Positions 14,778 through 24,134 of a stretch of 32,000 bases of DNA are shown piece by piece. A model generated the notes under the pieces. That model was not told the origin of the DNA. It saw only the letters and a list, made by a program, of their open reading frames with translations, and did not search any database. Each line of letters begins with the position of its first letter. Position 1 is the first letter of the stretch. The translations under genes were made by a program, and so were the position numbers. Where the stretch lies: contig CP006915.1 of the NCBI GenBank assembly GCA_000503915.1, positions 570,001-602,000 of the forward strand, written 5' to 3'. Source of the stretch: Candidatus Saccharimonadota bacterium. GTDB taxonomy: Bacteria > Patescibacteriota > Saccharimonadia > Saccharimonadales > Saccharimonadaceae.

Positions 14778-16331
14778 TTATCCTCTAAATGCGCCATGAT
14801 TTTTGATCCATCCGCTTGAAGAGCGCTCGATAAACGCTTCATTGTTTGGGCCACGACTCTGCAGCTTGTCAGCGACGGTCGCGTAAATGGGCAACGTAAA
14901 CGTGAAGGTTGAGCCGCGGCCTTCGACGCTGCGCACCCCGACTTCACCACCGTTTGACTCGACGATGGCTTTGGAGATGTAGAGACCGATGCCGGTACCA
15001 GCGACTGTCTCACGGCTACGGTGCGAACGGTAAAATTTGTGAAATAAATTCTCGACGACATTAGCTGGCATGCCGATACCGTGGTCGGTGACCGATGTCT
15101 CGACAACGTTACCTTTTACCGTAGCGGTGACCTCGATGGTACCGCCTTCGTTGCTGTACTTTACGGCATTGTCGATTAGATTGCCAAGCACCTCGCTCAT
15201 GCTATTTGGATCGGCCGCAACGGTCGGCAAAACTTCAGGGAAATCGATACTGAGTAGCCGCCCTTGCGAAGCGGCACGTAGTTGCATATCATCGGCGATA
15301 GAATCATAGATTTCGTGGATTGTCGCCTCTCGCAGATGAATCTTGAGATGACGGCGGTCAAATTTGGACGCATTGAGGATGTTATTGATATAGCCGCTCA
15401 GACGGTTTGCAGAAACAATCAGCCGCTGAAACAGTTCCTTCTGGTCGGCATCTACAGCGTGCTGCAATTCGTCGTCGAGGGTGTCGAGATAGCCACGGAT
15501 AACGGTAATTGGACCACGCAGCTCGTGGGCAGCAAAGGCGATAAAGTCGAGTTCATCGTCTTCGGGCGCGTAATCATGCGTTCGGTCAAACAGCGTGATG
15601 ACCGCTTCGGCTTCGCTCCCCTTTTCATATGACACGAAGACGTCGAATAGCCGCCGGTCTTCTTCACCAACCGGCCTGTCAGCAATCCGGCGCCAGACGT
15701 GCTCGGCGTGGATATCGTGCTCATCGCGGGCGGCCAACCATTCTTCAATCGTGTCATCAACATCAAAAATGAGCGACAGGTGTTTTGTGCCACCTTCGTC
15801 GGTCTTGACAGGTGCGCTCATGTTGGCATAGACAATACGACCCGAGGCATCAAGTAATACAATACCCGTTGTGGTATGGCTGAGCGCAGTATTGATGTCA
15901 ACGGATGACTCGACAGAGCTTTTTTTCGGTACGTCTGTATGGTCGGTGCTGTTCCCGGCAGCTAATTCGTAGACCATCTTAAGGAGTGGTCGCAGGCGAA
16001 CTTTGGCATAGTATGGGTCATTCAGTGCCGGGGCAGTTTCCTTGCTTACCTCCCCCGACACATGTACGAGGGCATCGTTCAAATCTTTTAACGGTCGGAG
16101 CAGTCGATCGAGCAAACGACTCATTAAAACGAAAGAGATGAGAATGATACTGATAAAGATCGCGATAGTTTCAAGCGGAAGCGGCCACAGGAGTGCGACA
16201 GCACCGGCAAACAGCAGACTGATCAGCAGCTGACTCCCAAGGAGCATCAGCCAGGCGTGACGACGGTAGTACGGCCAAAACCGGTTGAGCTGCTCAGCTT
16301 CGGCGGAGGCTCGCCCTTTTTTTACTTCCAT
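14778..16331 (-). CDS. sensor histidine kinase (2 TM, PAS-like, HisKA, HATPase_c)
   Basis: 517 aa. H-box FIAFAAHELRGPITVIRGY. N box NLIDNAVKYS. G boxes DHGIGM and GTGIGLY. It overlaps the upstream gene stop by 10 nt. Confidence 0.85.
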   Translation of the reverse strand: MEVKKGRASAEAEQLNRFWPYYRRHAWLMLLGSQLLISLLFAGAVALLWPLPLETIAIFISIILISFVLMSRLLDRLLRPLKDLNDALVHVSGEVSKETAPALNDPYYAKVRLRPLLKMVYELAAGNSTDHTDVPKKSSVESSVDINTALSHTTTGIVLLDASGRIVYANMSAPVKTDEGGTKHLSLIFDVDDTIEEWLAARDEHDIHAEHVWRRIADRPVGEEDRRLFDVFVSYEKGSEAEAVITLFDRTHDYAPEDDELDFIAFAAHELRGPITVIRGYLDTLDDELQHAVDADQKELFQRLIVSANRLSGYINNILNASKFDRRHLKIHLREATIHEIYDSIADDMQLRAASQGRLLSIDFPEVLPTVAADPNSMSEVLGNLIDNAVKYSNEGGTIEVTATVKGNVVETSVTDHGIGMPANVVENLFHKFYRSHRSRETVAGTGIGLYISKAIVESNGGEVGVRSVEGRGSTFTFTLPIYATVADKLQSRGPNNEAFIERSSSGWIKNHGAFRG

Positions 16332-17410
16332 GAGACGCTGCCTCCGTCGGTCGGGACGGCAGAGATCCAGGTCGTACCTCGAGCGAGTATAAACGGTTTA
16401 CCGTCAGCGCTGCTAAAGCTCAGTTGACTGGCGCGGCTGTCTTTACGCCAGGTGACCTTTGTAACATGACCGTTTTGAAAGACGTAGGCCGTGCCAGTGC
16501 CGCTGGTCTTGATACTTTCACGGTAGCCATCTTCGAAAACTTGTTCCATCGAAACCTGGAGCGCTACGACAACTTTCGCGGTAATGCGTCCTTTTTCGCG
16601 GTCAAGGTGCGGTGCGCCGGCTTGTGAGCGAGCGTATAAACCGGTCTTGGTGTCATAACTGTACGTTGAATTATACGTCGGGCCGCTGATGTTGACTGAG
16701 ACAGTGGTAGCGTCAAGTTTCTTTGGTGTTTCCACGTCGCCACGCGCCATAACTTTTGGGTGAGATGTTTTGTAACCTTTACTTTTATTGAGTACGTCAA
16801 GCTTGGCGAAGCTCGTGTAGACATTATGCGGCGCGTAGCGGTCAGTCGCGCGCCAATAGTAGTCGGGGTTGAAGAATTGATCAATGTCACGGTAGCTGCC
16901 GTTCCTGACGACCTGGAGTGCTTTGTAGCTACCGCCGATATGCGCTACGCTGGCATTATACGGTGTTAGCCAGTCAACATAATACATGCGGACACTGCGA
17001 ACCGGGCCAATCAACTGTGGTTTGTGCTGCTGGTAGAGTGCTAAAAAACGTGTGATGCCACCTTCGGCAACGGCTTCATAGACCACTTCGGCGTTTTTTA
17101 GCCCAGATTGCGGTCGCGCGTCGGGACTGTTTTCGATCATGATAGCGGTTACTGGCTTTGTGGTGTCGGCTTCCGCTTTGACTTGCTCCCCGGTCAGTGG
17201 GGCGTAGTATTTAGGCTTTGGGCGTGGCTTTATGGGAATCGGCGTTGTATCGAGCGGCGGCAAGGGTTTCGTCAGGAGTGCAAAAGTGATGCCGCTGGCG
17301 ATCAAAATCAGTACGGTTCCAACGATGGCATAGGTGGTCGGACCATGCTCTTTTGTCCACGCGATGACTGAACGAAGCCAGTCGCATAGGCGGTGATGGG
17401 GCATCTTCAT
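16322..17410 (-). CDS. DUF3048-like (YerB-like) membrane-anchored protein
   Basis: 362 aa. N-terminal TM YAIVGTVLILIASGITFALL. VTAIMIENSPDARPQSGL..VVYEAVAEGGITRFLALYQ resembles the DUF3048 N-terminal block. Confidence 0.65.
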   Translation of the reverse strand: MKMPHHRLCDWLRSVIAWTKEHGPTTYAIVGTVLILIASGITFALLTKPLPPLDTTPIPIKPRPKPKYYAPLTGEQVKAEADTTKPVTAIMIENSPDARPQSGLKNAEVVYEAVAEGGITRFLALYQQHKPQLIGPVRSVRMYYVDWLTPYNASVAHIGGSYKALQVVRNGSYRDIDQFFNPDYYWRATDRYAPHNVYTSFAKLDVLNKSKGYKTSHPKVMARGDVETPKKLDATTVSVNISGPTYNSTYSYDTKTGLYARSQAGAPHLDREKGRITAKVVVALQVSMEQVFEDGYRESIKTSGTGTAYVFQNGHVTKVTWRKDSRASQLSFSSADGKPFILARGTTWISAVPTDGGSVSWK

Positions 17411-17437
17411 ATGGTATAAAGTATACCACGCTTATGC

Positions 17438-18883
17438 TTACCTAAGGGCGTTTGAAATACGTTTTAGCGTGGTATCTTTACCAAGGAGTGCTAAGGTATC
17501 GTTTAGCTGCGGGCTAAAGGGTGCCCATGTCGTAACAATGCGGATTAGGCTGAAAAGGATACCGGGTTTTTGACCGGTCGTCTCAAGTAGTGAGTTCAGT
17601 GTATTTTGAATCGCTTCACTGCTCCATTCGATCGCCTCAAATGCCTCAAGCGTCGTTTTCAGTAGCGATTGGATCTCTTCGTCAGAGAGCTTCTTTAGCT
17701 GCTTGTTTTCTTCAACGAGACTCCAGTCGGGTGTTGGCTCGCTGAAGAAATATGAGGTCAGTTGAGGTAAGTCCGCTAGGGTCTTGAGTCGCTCAGCAGC
17801 AAGCTCGAGGACGCTTTCTCGGTACTGCTCGTTCGATTCATTTGCGGCATCCGGCCAAAAATTTTCGACGCGGCGTGATAGCTCACCGGGCGAGAGACCA
17901 CGGATGAATTGACCATTCATCCAGAGGAGTCGTTTTTCATCAAAGCGCGCACCCGATCGCTGTACGCGGTTTAAGCTAAATTTTTGAATAAGTTCGTCCT
18001 TTGTGAAAACTTCTTGCTCGGTGCCGTCATTCCAGCCGAGTGTAGCGATAAAACTAACGAGCGTTTCGGGTAAGTAGCCATCACGAATATAGTCGAGCAC
18101 GTCCTTAGCGCCATCACGTTTACCAAGTTTCTTGCCACCGCTCTCGGCCAAAATGTGTGGCATTGTGGCAAGAATAGGCCGTGGAATATCGAGGGCTTCG
18201 TAAAGGTTCAAATAATTTGGTTGGCTTGAAATAAACTCCTGACCGCGAATAACGTGGGTGATCTTCATTTCAAAGTCATCAATAATATGAGCAAAATTGT
18301 AGGTAGGATAGCCGTCGCTTTTTATGAGAATAAAGTCGTCAATAACTTCCGGTCCGGTGGAAAGATCTCCCATAACCTCGTCATGCCACTGGTAGGCTTT
18401 CGGATCCGATTTGAAGCGCAGGGGGTGCTTGCCAAACCAGTCGGCGGGTACTTCTGATGCGCCCTGTTCCCCCTCGAAGATATCGGGGCGATGATTGCGA
18501 TAGAGGAACGGCTTTTTGTTTGTCTGGGCTTGTTCGCGGAAAGCTTGTACCTCTGCCGGAGTATACGGATCGACGTAGGCTCTACCCTGCTCGATCAGTT
18601 TTTTAGCCCATGCTTTGTAGCTGTCCAGGCGCTCACTCTGCTTGTATGGAGCATATAACCCGCCAATATCCGGGCCTTCATCGTAATTCAGCCCGAGTGC
18701 CGTAAGGCAGTCAATAATATGCTGTGCGGAGCCTTCAACTTCCCTGTTCTTATCGGTATCCTCGAGTCGTAGAATAAACTGGCCGCCGGATTGTCGGGCA
18801 ACTAGATATGCAAACAAGGCAGTGCGGATACCGCCAACATGTAAAAAGCCGGTGGGGCTGGGGGCGAAGCGAGTACGAACCAT
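17438..18883 (-). CDS. gltX: glutamyl-tRNA synthetase
   Basis: 481 aa. N-terminus VRTRFAPSPTGFLHVGGIRTALF (HIGH-type motif), KMSKS-type KLGKRDG, and a class I GluRS layout. Confidence 0.92.
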   Translation of the reverse strand: MVRTRFAPSPTGFLHVGGIRTALFAYLVARQSGGQFILRLEDTDKNREVEGSAQHIIDCLTALGLNYDEGPDIGGLYAPYKQSERLDSYKAWAKKLIEQGRAYVDPYTPAEVQAFREQAQTNKKPFLYRNHRPDIFEGEQGASEVPADWFGKHPLRFKSDPKAYQWHDEVMGDLSTGPEVIDDFILIKSDGYPTYNFAHIIDDFEMKITHVIRGQEFISSQPNYLNLYEALDIPRPILATMPHILAESGGKKLGKRDGAKDVLDYIRDGYLPETLVSFIATLGWNDGTEQEVFTKDELIQKFSLNRVQRSGARFDEKRLLWMNGQFIRGLSPGELSRRVENFWPDAANESNEQYRESVLELAAERLKTLADLPQLTSYFFSEPTPDWSLVEENKQLKKLSDEEIQSLLKTTLEAFEAIEWSSEAIQNTLNSLLETTGQKPGILFSLIRIVTTWAPFSPQLNDTLALLGKDTTLKRISNALR

Positions 18884-18926
18884 CAGCTGTTATTTTAACA
18901 GAGAAGATAGAACTTTACCAAAGTTA

Positions 18927-19778
18927 TCACCCATTGTAGGCGGTCGCAGATGACCCTTGCTCGAGCATAACTGCGTCAACGCGAAAGATTCCACTGGAGC
19001 TTGCCGAGCCAGTCCGCCATATTTGTATTGAACCAGCAGGTGTAGCTGAGCTTGTCCATGTGAGGCTTTTTCGTACCGTCTGGCCAGGTGTAAGGTTGGG
19101 GCTAAACGTTTGCATCGCACGAGTACCGGCGGCGCCATCACCTTCACGTAGACCTATGGCGGTAAGGTCACCACTTATCCCTGTAATGTATACCGAAAGC
19201 GTGTAGGTCGTGGAGGCCGTCAAGCTTGAGAGCGTATATTGAACCCCAGACTGATTCGAGGTGGTCACGCCGACCTCTAAGCAGAAGTCACCAGCGACTA
19301 TGCCGCTGCCACTGTTCACTGTTGCGAGACTGGCTCCAGCTATCGTAGACCAGCCGGTTGCATTGGTTTCAAAACTTGAATTCGTCACTAAGTTGGTGGC
19401 GAGCGTCCCTCCACTGCTACTGTGTCCAATACACGCTCCTTCCGTAGGCGAAGAAGTATTTGTTATGCTGTAGGTGGCCGTACCGGCTATTGCAGTGAGG
19501 CAGTAGCTTGTCCCCGAGGTACTGGTGTATTGATAGGAGACAGCACCGTCAGTAATACCAGCTGTACTGAGGTTGCCCGTTGTCGGGTAGCTAGAATTGT
19601 CTACTTTATACAGCTCAAGCTTCTTCTTTGCTTGCGAGAGTGCTGCACTGGCTTCAGAGGCTCTGGCTCGTTACTGGATGCCGTTATAGGCGACAATAGT
19701 AATCGCCGCTAACACGGCGATGACGATGATGACAATGAGGAGTTCGATGAGGGTGAAGGCGCTAGTAGGCCTTTTCAT
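18927..19778 (-). pseudogene. type IV pilin-like protein fused to a CBM/lectin-like beta-sandwich, interrupted by one in-frame TAA (codon 36, 19671-19673)
   Basis: The ATG at 19778 encodes MKRPTSAFTLIELLIVIIVIAVLAAITIVAYNGIQ, then TAA. The same frame continues with no further stop: RARASEASAALSQAKKKLELYKVDNSSYPTTG...NLVTNSSFETNATGW...FRVDAVMLEQG, ending at 18927. I translated this codon by codon. The ORF track shows only the distal 153 aa, starting from a GTG. Confidence 0.7.
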
Positions 19779-19780
19779 AG

Positions 19781-20260
19781 CTAGAAACCGGTTCCGCCCG
19801 ATGACCATACGCCCCAGCGGTCGGTGTAAGTGTTATCTTTCATGTCACTGGGAATATTGGAAAACTCACCACTAGGCACAGATGGCTGATAGAGCCGATC
19901 GAGTTTATAGTTTGTGCCGTCGGATTTGTATATGTAGGTATTGTTTATAAGATTATTAGTCGGGTCATCGGTGATACTTGGCAGCGACGATGCGTATTCA
20001 GGTGTGAGACCGGGAATGAAGGCGTCGCCATCCCGACGCTGATATTTCCAGGCACCACCAGTCGAAGGATAGCTGCCTTTCTCAGAGGCGTAACGTTCAA
20101 CCAGGTTTTGGATGCTTGTTATATCGTTTATTTTTGCAGTAGTACGGGCTTTATTATTGACACTGTTGTACGACACAATTGTGATGCTGGCAAGAATAAC
20201 GATCACTACAATCACGATGAGCAGTTCAACGATAGTGAAGCCGCTTATGGTTTTTCTCAT
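19781..20260 (-). CDS. type IV pilin-like protein
   Basis: The start at 20260 gives MRKTISG|FTIVELLIVIVVIVILASITIVSYN, a prepilin motif plus hydrophobic helix. 159 aa. Its stop lies 2 nt upstream of the next pilin ATG. Confidence 0.8.
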   Translation of the reverse strand: MRKTISGFTIVELLIVIVVIVILASITIVSYNSVNNKARTTAKINDITSIQNLVERYASEKGSYPSTGGAWKYQRRDGDAFIPGLTPEYASSLPSITDDPTNNLINNTYIYKSDGTNYKLDRLYQPSVPSGEFSNIPSDMKDNTYTDRWGVWSSGGTGF

Positions 20261-20302
20261 GTCAGAAGTATAACTTACTAAAAGCTTGATGGTCAACCGA
20301 GG

Positions 20303-21247
20303 TTACATGCTTGTGGCGATGTGGCGGACTTGGTCATTGGAGAGCATCGCGGTGCCGTCAATCGTATAAAGAATGCCCCCGTTAACCCAGGCAGCATGGT
20401 TGCCATAGGTATAAATCGTTAGTCCGGCGTCACTATAGGTAGCGTAGTCTCCCGATGACTTTGGACTGACGTAGTTGGCTAGAAGGGCGCTGGAGTCCCA
20501 ACTACTCCTCGTCTGGCTGAGGGTGAAGCGTTGCGGGCCGGCATTGGCAGCAAAGTTCATAGCGACCTGACCTTCGCTGTAGGAAACCGGACCGTGGAGC
20601 TGATAGCCGGCCGGCTGGTACTGAGGATATGTGGCGTTAATGCCGGCCTGGGCTGCGGCGACACGAACCGAGATGTTTGGCATATTGACGTAGGTAAAGT
20701 AACCTGCGATCAAGATAAGCGCGGCACAAGCGGTCGTGATGTTGAAGAGACGGCGCTTGGAATGTGAACGCTTTGCCTTCTGGCGCTCTGGCTTGGCCTT
20801 CGCCAAAGCTTCTGAGATAGCGGTCTGCTTAATCTCTCGGGCAGTGCGTGGCTTTGCTTTTGCCTGCTGTTGGAGTTTAGCGGCATGAAGCGTTTGAGCC
20901 TTTTCGACCACAGGATGCTTGGCTGGGCCGAAGTCGGAAATAGTCCGCGCTCGAGGAGCCTGAACTTGCGGATCGCGGGCAAAGCGCGTGATCTGTGGGC
21001 TTCGCTCGATGGCCGGGCGTTTTGGAGTCTGAGCGGCCGCGACGGCCGGCGTTCTCACCGGTTTGGTGGTGCTTTTGACAAACTGACGGCTGAGCGTCGA
21101 TGAGCGCTGCGTTTTATGGTGGATTGATTTGGCGTGTCTGACCGGATGCGACGGAACGGACGCAGCACTCGGCCGTTTTTCTAGCGGCGCGCCGCTCGCT
21201 GCGTCGTACGCGACGCCGTTTATAGTGATGGTGGAAGATTCGCTCAT
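20303..21247 (-). CDS. single-pass membrane protein: basic disordered N-terminus, TM, extracytoplasmic DUF4367-like domain
   Basis: 314 aa. The N-terminal ~170 aa are Lys/Arg/Pro/Ala-rich. TM LFNITTACAALILIAGYFTYV. The C-terminal segment YQPAGYQL..VSYSEGQVAMNF....FTLSQ resembles DUF4367-type domains (weak). Confidence 0.65.
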   Translation of the reverse strand: MSESSTITINGVAYDAASGAPLEKRPSAASVPSHPVRHAKSIHHKTQRSSTLSRQFVKSTTKPVRTPAVAAAQTPKRPAIERSPQITRFARDPQVQAPRARTISDFGPAKHPVVEKAQTLHAAKLQQQAKAKPRTAREIKQTAISEALAKAKPERQKAKRSHSKRRLFNITTACAALILIAGYFTYVNMPNISVRVAAAQAGINATYPQYQPAGYQLHGPVSYSEGQVAMNFAANAGPQRFTLSQTRSSWDSSALLANYVSPKSSGDYATYSDAGLTIYTYGNHAAWVNGGILYTIDGTAMLSNDQVRHIATSM

Positions 21248-21353
21248 GTTTTACCCTCGTTTTGTTTCCCCAAGTGGTTTAGTACTATCATAGACGGCGC
21301 ATAAGCGTGATGCAAGCCTTTCATTTATAAATGGCAGCAAACCGGGTGGTATA

Positions 21354-22811
21354 ATGAAAGAGACTATGCACCAAACCCGCTCTCGGCGACGCCAGATTAT
21401 CCAGCGTACTATCGTCTACACGTTAATGACAACCTTTGTCGTCGGTCTCGTAACGGTACTCGTACTACTAATGCTTGGCTACCGTTTCAACCGGCTGACG
21501 AACACGATCGAGCAAGGCGGCCTCGTCCAATTTGTTACCCGCCCCAGTGGCGCTTCGGTAACGGTCGGCAACGCGCATCTGATCGATACGACACCCTCGA
21601 AGATTACGGTCAACGCTGGTCACTACCAGGTGAAGATGGAAAAAAGTGGCTATCGCCTCTGGCAGAAGTCGGTCGACATCGAAGCGGGCGAGGTGCTATG
21701 GCTAAACTACGCACAACTGGTGCCGGAAAAGATTACCACCACAACGGTAGCTTCCTTCGCGTCGCTTTATGAAGCGCGCGTCTCGCCGACCGGACGCTAC
21801 TACGCGTTATTACCTGATGTCACAAAGCCGAGTATTGTTCTGATAGACATGGCCGATAGCAAATACCAGCAAACCAACGTCAACCTAAGTACGGTAGCGG
21901 GAAAGACGTCGGGCACCTGGCGCTATACGATTGCGAGCTGGAGCAACGACAGTAATTTTATATTGGTAAAACGTACGCAAGCATCACGGATCGAATGGCT
22001 ACTGGTCGATCGGCACGACCCGGCCAAATCGCAGAATTTAACCAGTACTTACAAAAAAGCGATATCGACTGTCCTGTTTGATCCGAATTCGAGCAATCGT
22101 CTCATCTTGCGGATGAATGACGGAACGTTGCAGACAGCCGATGTTTCCTCTGGCAATCTGTCGGACGTGCTACTACGCGATATTACTGGTATCAATGTCA
22201 GCGACGATACACTGTTGTATGTGCAGCAGAAATCGCCAGCCATCCAGTCGGTCGGGTATATGTCTCTCGGCGGCGTGAAAGGCCGTGAACTAGTGCAGCG
22301 GGAAACCAAGCAAAAACTACTGATAGACATTGGATCGTACTACGGTGATCTGTATACGGTTATTACGACTGGCAATGAGATAGATTTATACCGGCTCTCT
22401 GCCCTTCCGAAGAGTGCCTCAACCGCACCGATTACCATGACACCAGTTGCGCACTTCCAGGTGGCGACGCCGCCACTTGATGCATCGATCAGATCGGCGG
22501 GTCGTTTGGCCGTTGTAGAGTCTCAACGTGGCTTTCTGACATATGATCTGGAGCTTGGTAAGATGACTTCCACCGACCTCGGTACAACCACGGCCAGTCG
22601 GCTTACATGGCTCGATAAGTACCATGTTGGCTACGTCGTCAACGGACGCTTTACGATCATCGAATTTGACGGTGGGAACCGCCAGGAAATCACCGAAGCG
22701 ACCACCGGTTTTGAAGGTAACCAATCGAGCGATAATAAATACGTCTATAGTTTTCTGCGTACCGATCGCGGCGTTGAGCTACGGCGTAGCCAAATGATAC
22801 TCTCGAACTAG
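21354..22811 (+). CDS. PEGA-domain membrane-anchored protein with beta-rich C-terminal region
   Basis: 485 aa. N-terminal TM. PEGA-like unit VTRPSGASVTVGNAHLIDTTPSKITVNAGHYQVKMEKSGYRLWQKSVDIEAGE. A TATAAT at 21350-21355 overlaps the first ATG, so the ATG at 21366 (M5) may be the real start. Confidence 0.7.
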   Translation: MKETMHQTRSRRRQIIQRTIVYTLMTTFVVGLVTVLVLLMLGYRFNRLTNTIEQGGLVQFVTRPSGASVTVGNAHLIDTTPSKITVNAGHYQVKMEKSGYRLWQKSVDIEAGEVLWLNYAQLVPEKITTTTVASFASLYEARVSPTGRYYALLPDVTKPSIVLIDMADSKYQQTNVNLSTVAGKTSGTWRYTIASWSNDSNFILVKRTQASRIEWLLVDRHDPAKSQNLTSTYKKAISTVLFDPNSSNRLILRMNDGTLQTADVSSGNLSDVLLRDITGINVSDDTLLYVQQKSPAIQSVGYMSLGGVKGRELVQRETKQKLLIDIGSYYGDLYTVITTGNEIDLYRLSALPKSASTAPITMTPVAHFQVATPPLDASIRSAGRLAVVESQRGFLTYDLELGKMTSTDLGTTTASRLTWLDKYHVGYVVNGRFTIIEFDGGNRQEITEATTGFEGNQSSDNKYVYSFLRTDRGVELRRSQMILSN

Positions 22812-23995
22812 CGGGCACCAAATAGCCGCTCGATAAGCGTCGGTGCAGTACCTGGCATTGTGATTGCCTCTCCACCAGTATCCGTTTGCGGTGCTTTTGC
22901 GGCGGTTGCTGGGTTGGGGCTTATCTGTTCGCCAGTAACAAGTAGGCGGTTCAGCGCCGTACCGAGTGGCGTACAGGTTAGAAGCGTCACTTCGGGTTTG
23001 GTTGTACCATCCTGCAATGACTTGACGTCATTTGGCTTGACGACACGGATTTTCGTAACGTTATACGTGTAACGTGTGCCATTATAGTGGACGTAGAATA
23101 TGTCGCCTTTCTTTAGTCGGTCAAGTAAAGCGAACACGAATTTGTATTTACCACCGTCGGTAAAGTCATTGCTTGAGTGCCCGGAGAGCACCGTATTGCC
23201 GATTTGGCCAGGCTTGCTGTTGGCGCCTGGTATACCAAACCAGGCTAGGCCCCTTTCCATCGCCTTTAGTTGCGAGGTCTGGTCTGGCGTGACGTTATAG
23301 ATAACCGGGACATTAACATTAATCTTCGGGATGATCAGTACCGGATCCTTACTGACGGCGAGCGAGGCATTCGGATCGACAACGATATTTTGAGGATCAA
23401 TCTCACCCGGAGTTACGTAGGCTTTAACATTGCCGATGATAATACTGTTGTATTGTAAAAAGACGAAAAGCAGTAAGACGCCGATGGCTGATACGAGCGG
23501 TACAAAGTGGCGGCTTTTACGTACTTTCTTGGCGGATGACTGTACTTTGTCGACCAGCTGCGCGCGTAGGTCGTACATGGCTTCGTCCTTAGAGAGTGGT
23601 TCGTTGCTGGTAGCGGTACCAATGGCCTGCGTAGGGTGTCCTTGGTCTAGTTGCGACGGCAACCGACTGGTATACGCTTGGTGTACCTGACGGACGGCAC
23701 CCATGTAGTAATGTTCGTAGTACTTCTGATAATAATTTTGCCAGGCACTATGATAACGGTTCCATTCCTCGGAACGAATTGTATGTGATGGCGTATGGTT
23801 GCGCTGGTATGGGGTCGGCTCGACGGCGGTCACGTCTGTCCTTCCCTCATCGGCGGCTTGTTTTGAGTAGATAGCATCGATCTGGTGACGCGTTACATCG
23901 GCTGCGGCCGCCTGTGAGGCTGCGATAGAACGCTCAGGCGGTTGGGTACCACCTTGAGGCGGTTTTTGGATCGGCATGTTGTCATCAGGTTGCAT
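22808..23995 (-). CDS. sortase-family transpeptidase with ~190-aa N-terminal extension and one TM
   Basis: Catalytic motifs LSGHS, TLLTCTP (TLxTC) and a downstream NRLLV Arg. TM FVPLVSAIGVLLLFVFL. The ORF track extends to 24187, but that part is antisense to tRNA-Leu. M65 (ATG at 23995) is taken as the start. Confidence 0.85.
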   Translation of the reverse strand: MQPDDNMPIQKPPQGGTQPPERSIAASQAAAADVTRHQIDAIYSKQAADEGRTDVTAVEPTPYQRNHTPSHTIRSEEWNRYHSAWQNYYQKYYEHYYMGAVRQVHQAYTSRLPSQLDQGHPTQAIGTATSNEPLSKDEAMYDLRAQLVDKVQSSAKKVRKSRHFVPLVSAIGVLLLFVFLQYNSIIIGNVKAYVTPGEIDPQNIVVDPNASLAVSKDPVLIIPKINVNVPVIYNVTPDQTSQLKAMERGLAWFGIPGANSKPGQIGNTVLSGHSSNDFTDGGKYKFVFALLDRLKKGDIFYVHYNGTRYTYNVTKIRVVKPNDVKSLQDGTTKPEVTLLTCTPLGTALNRLLVTGEQISPNPATAAKAPQTDTGGEAITMPGTAPTLIERLFGAR

Positions 23996-24134
23996 AGCTA
24001 TAGATTCCCACTTGCTCTTATTGTACAATACTAGAGAGATTTCGGGTATGCCGCGCCATGTGGAATCGCCTGCCCGAATGAATTCATTCAGGCGGGGTAG
24101 ACAATTCACTTCGTGAATTAAAATCTGTATTTGT

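Noticed and set aside
19671-19673. TAA reassigned as a sense codon (alternative genetic code)
   Set aside because: TAA terminates several well-recognised genes at their expected ends in this same window (pth at 82-84, HAD at 26058-26060, DUF3048-like at 16322-16324, GT4 at 31582-31584). I also know of no bacterial code that reassigns UAA.
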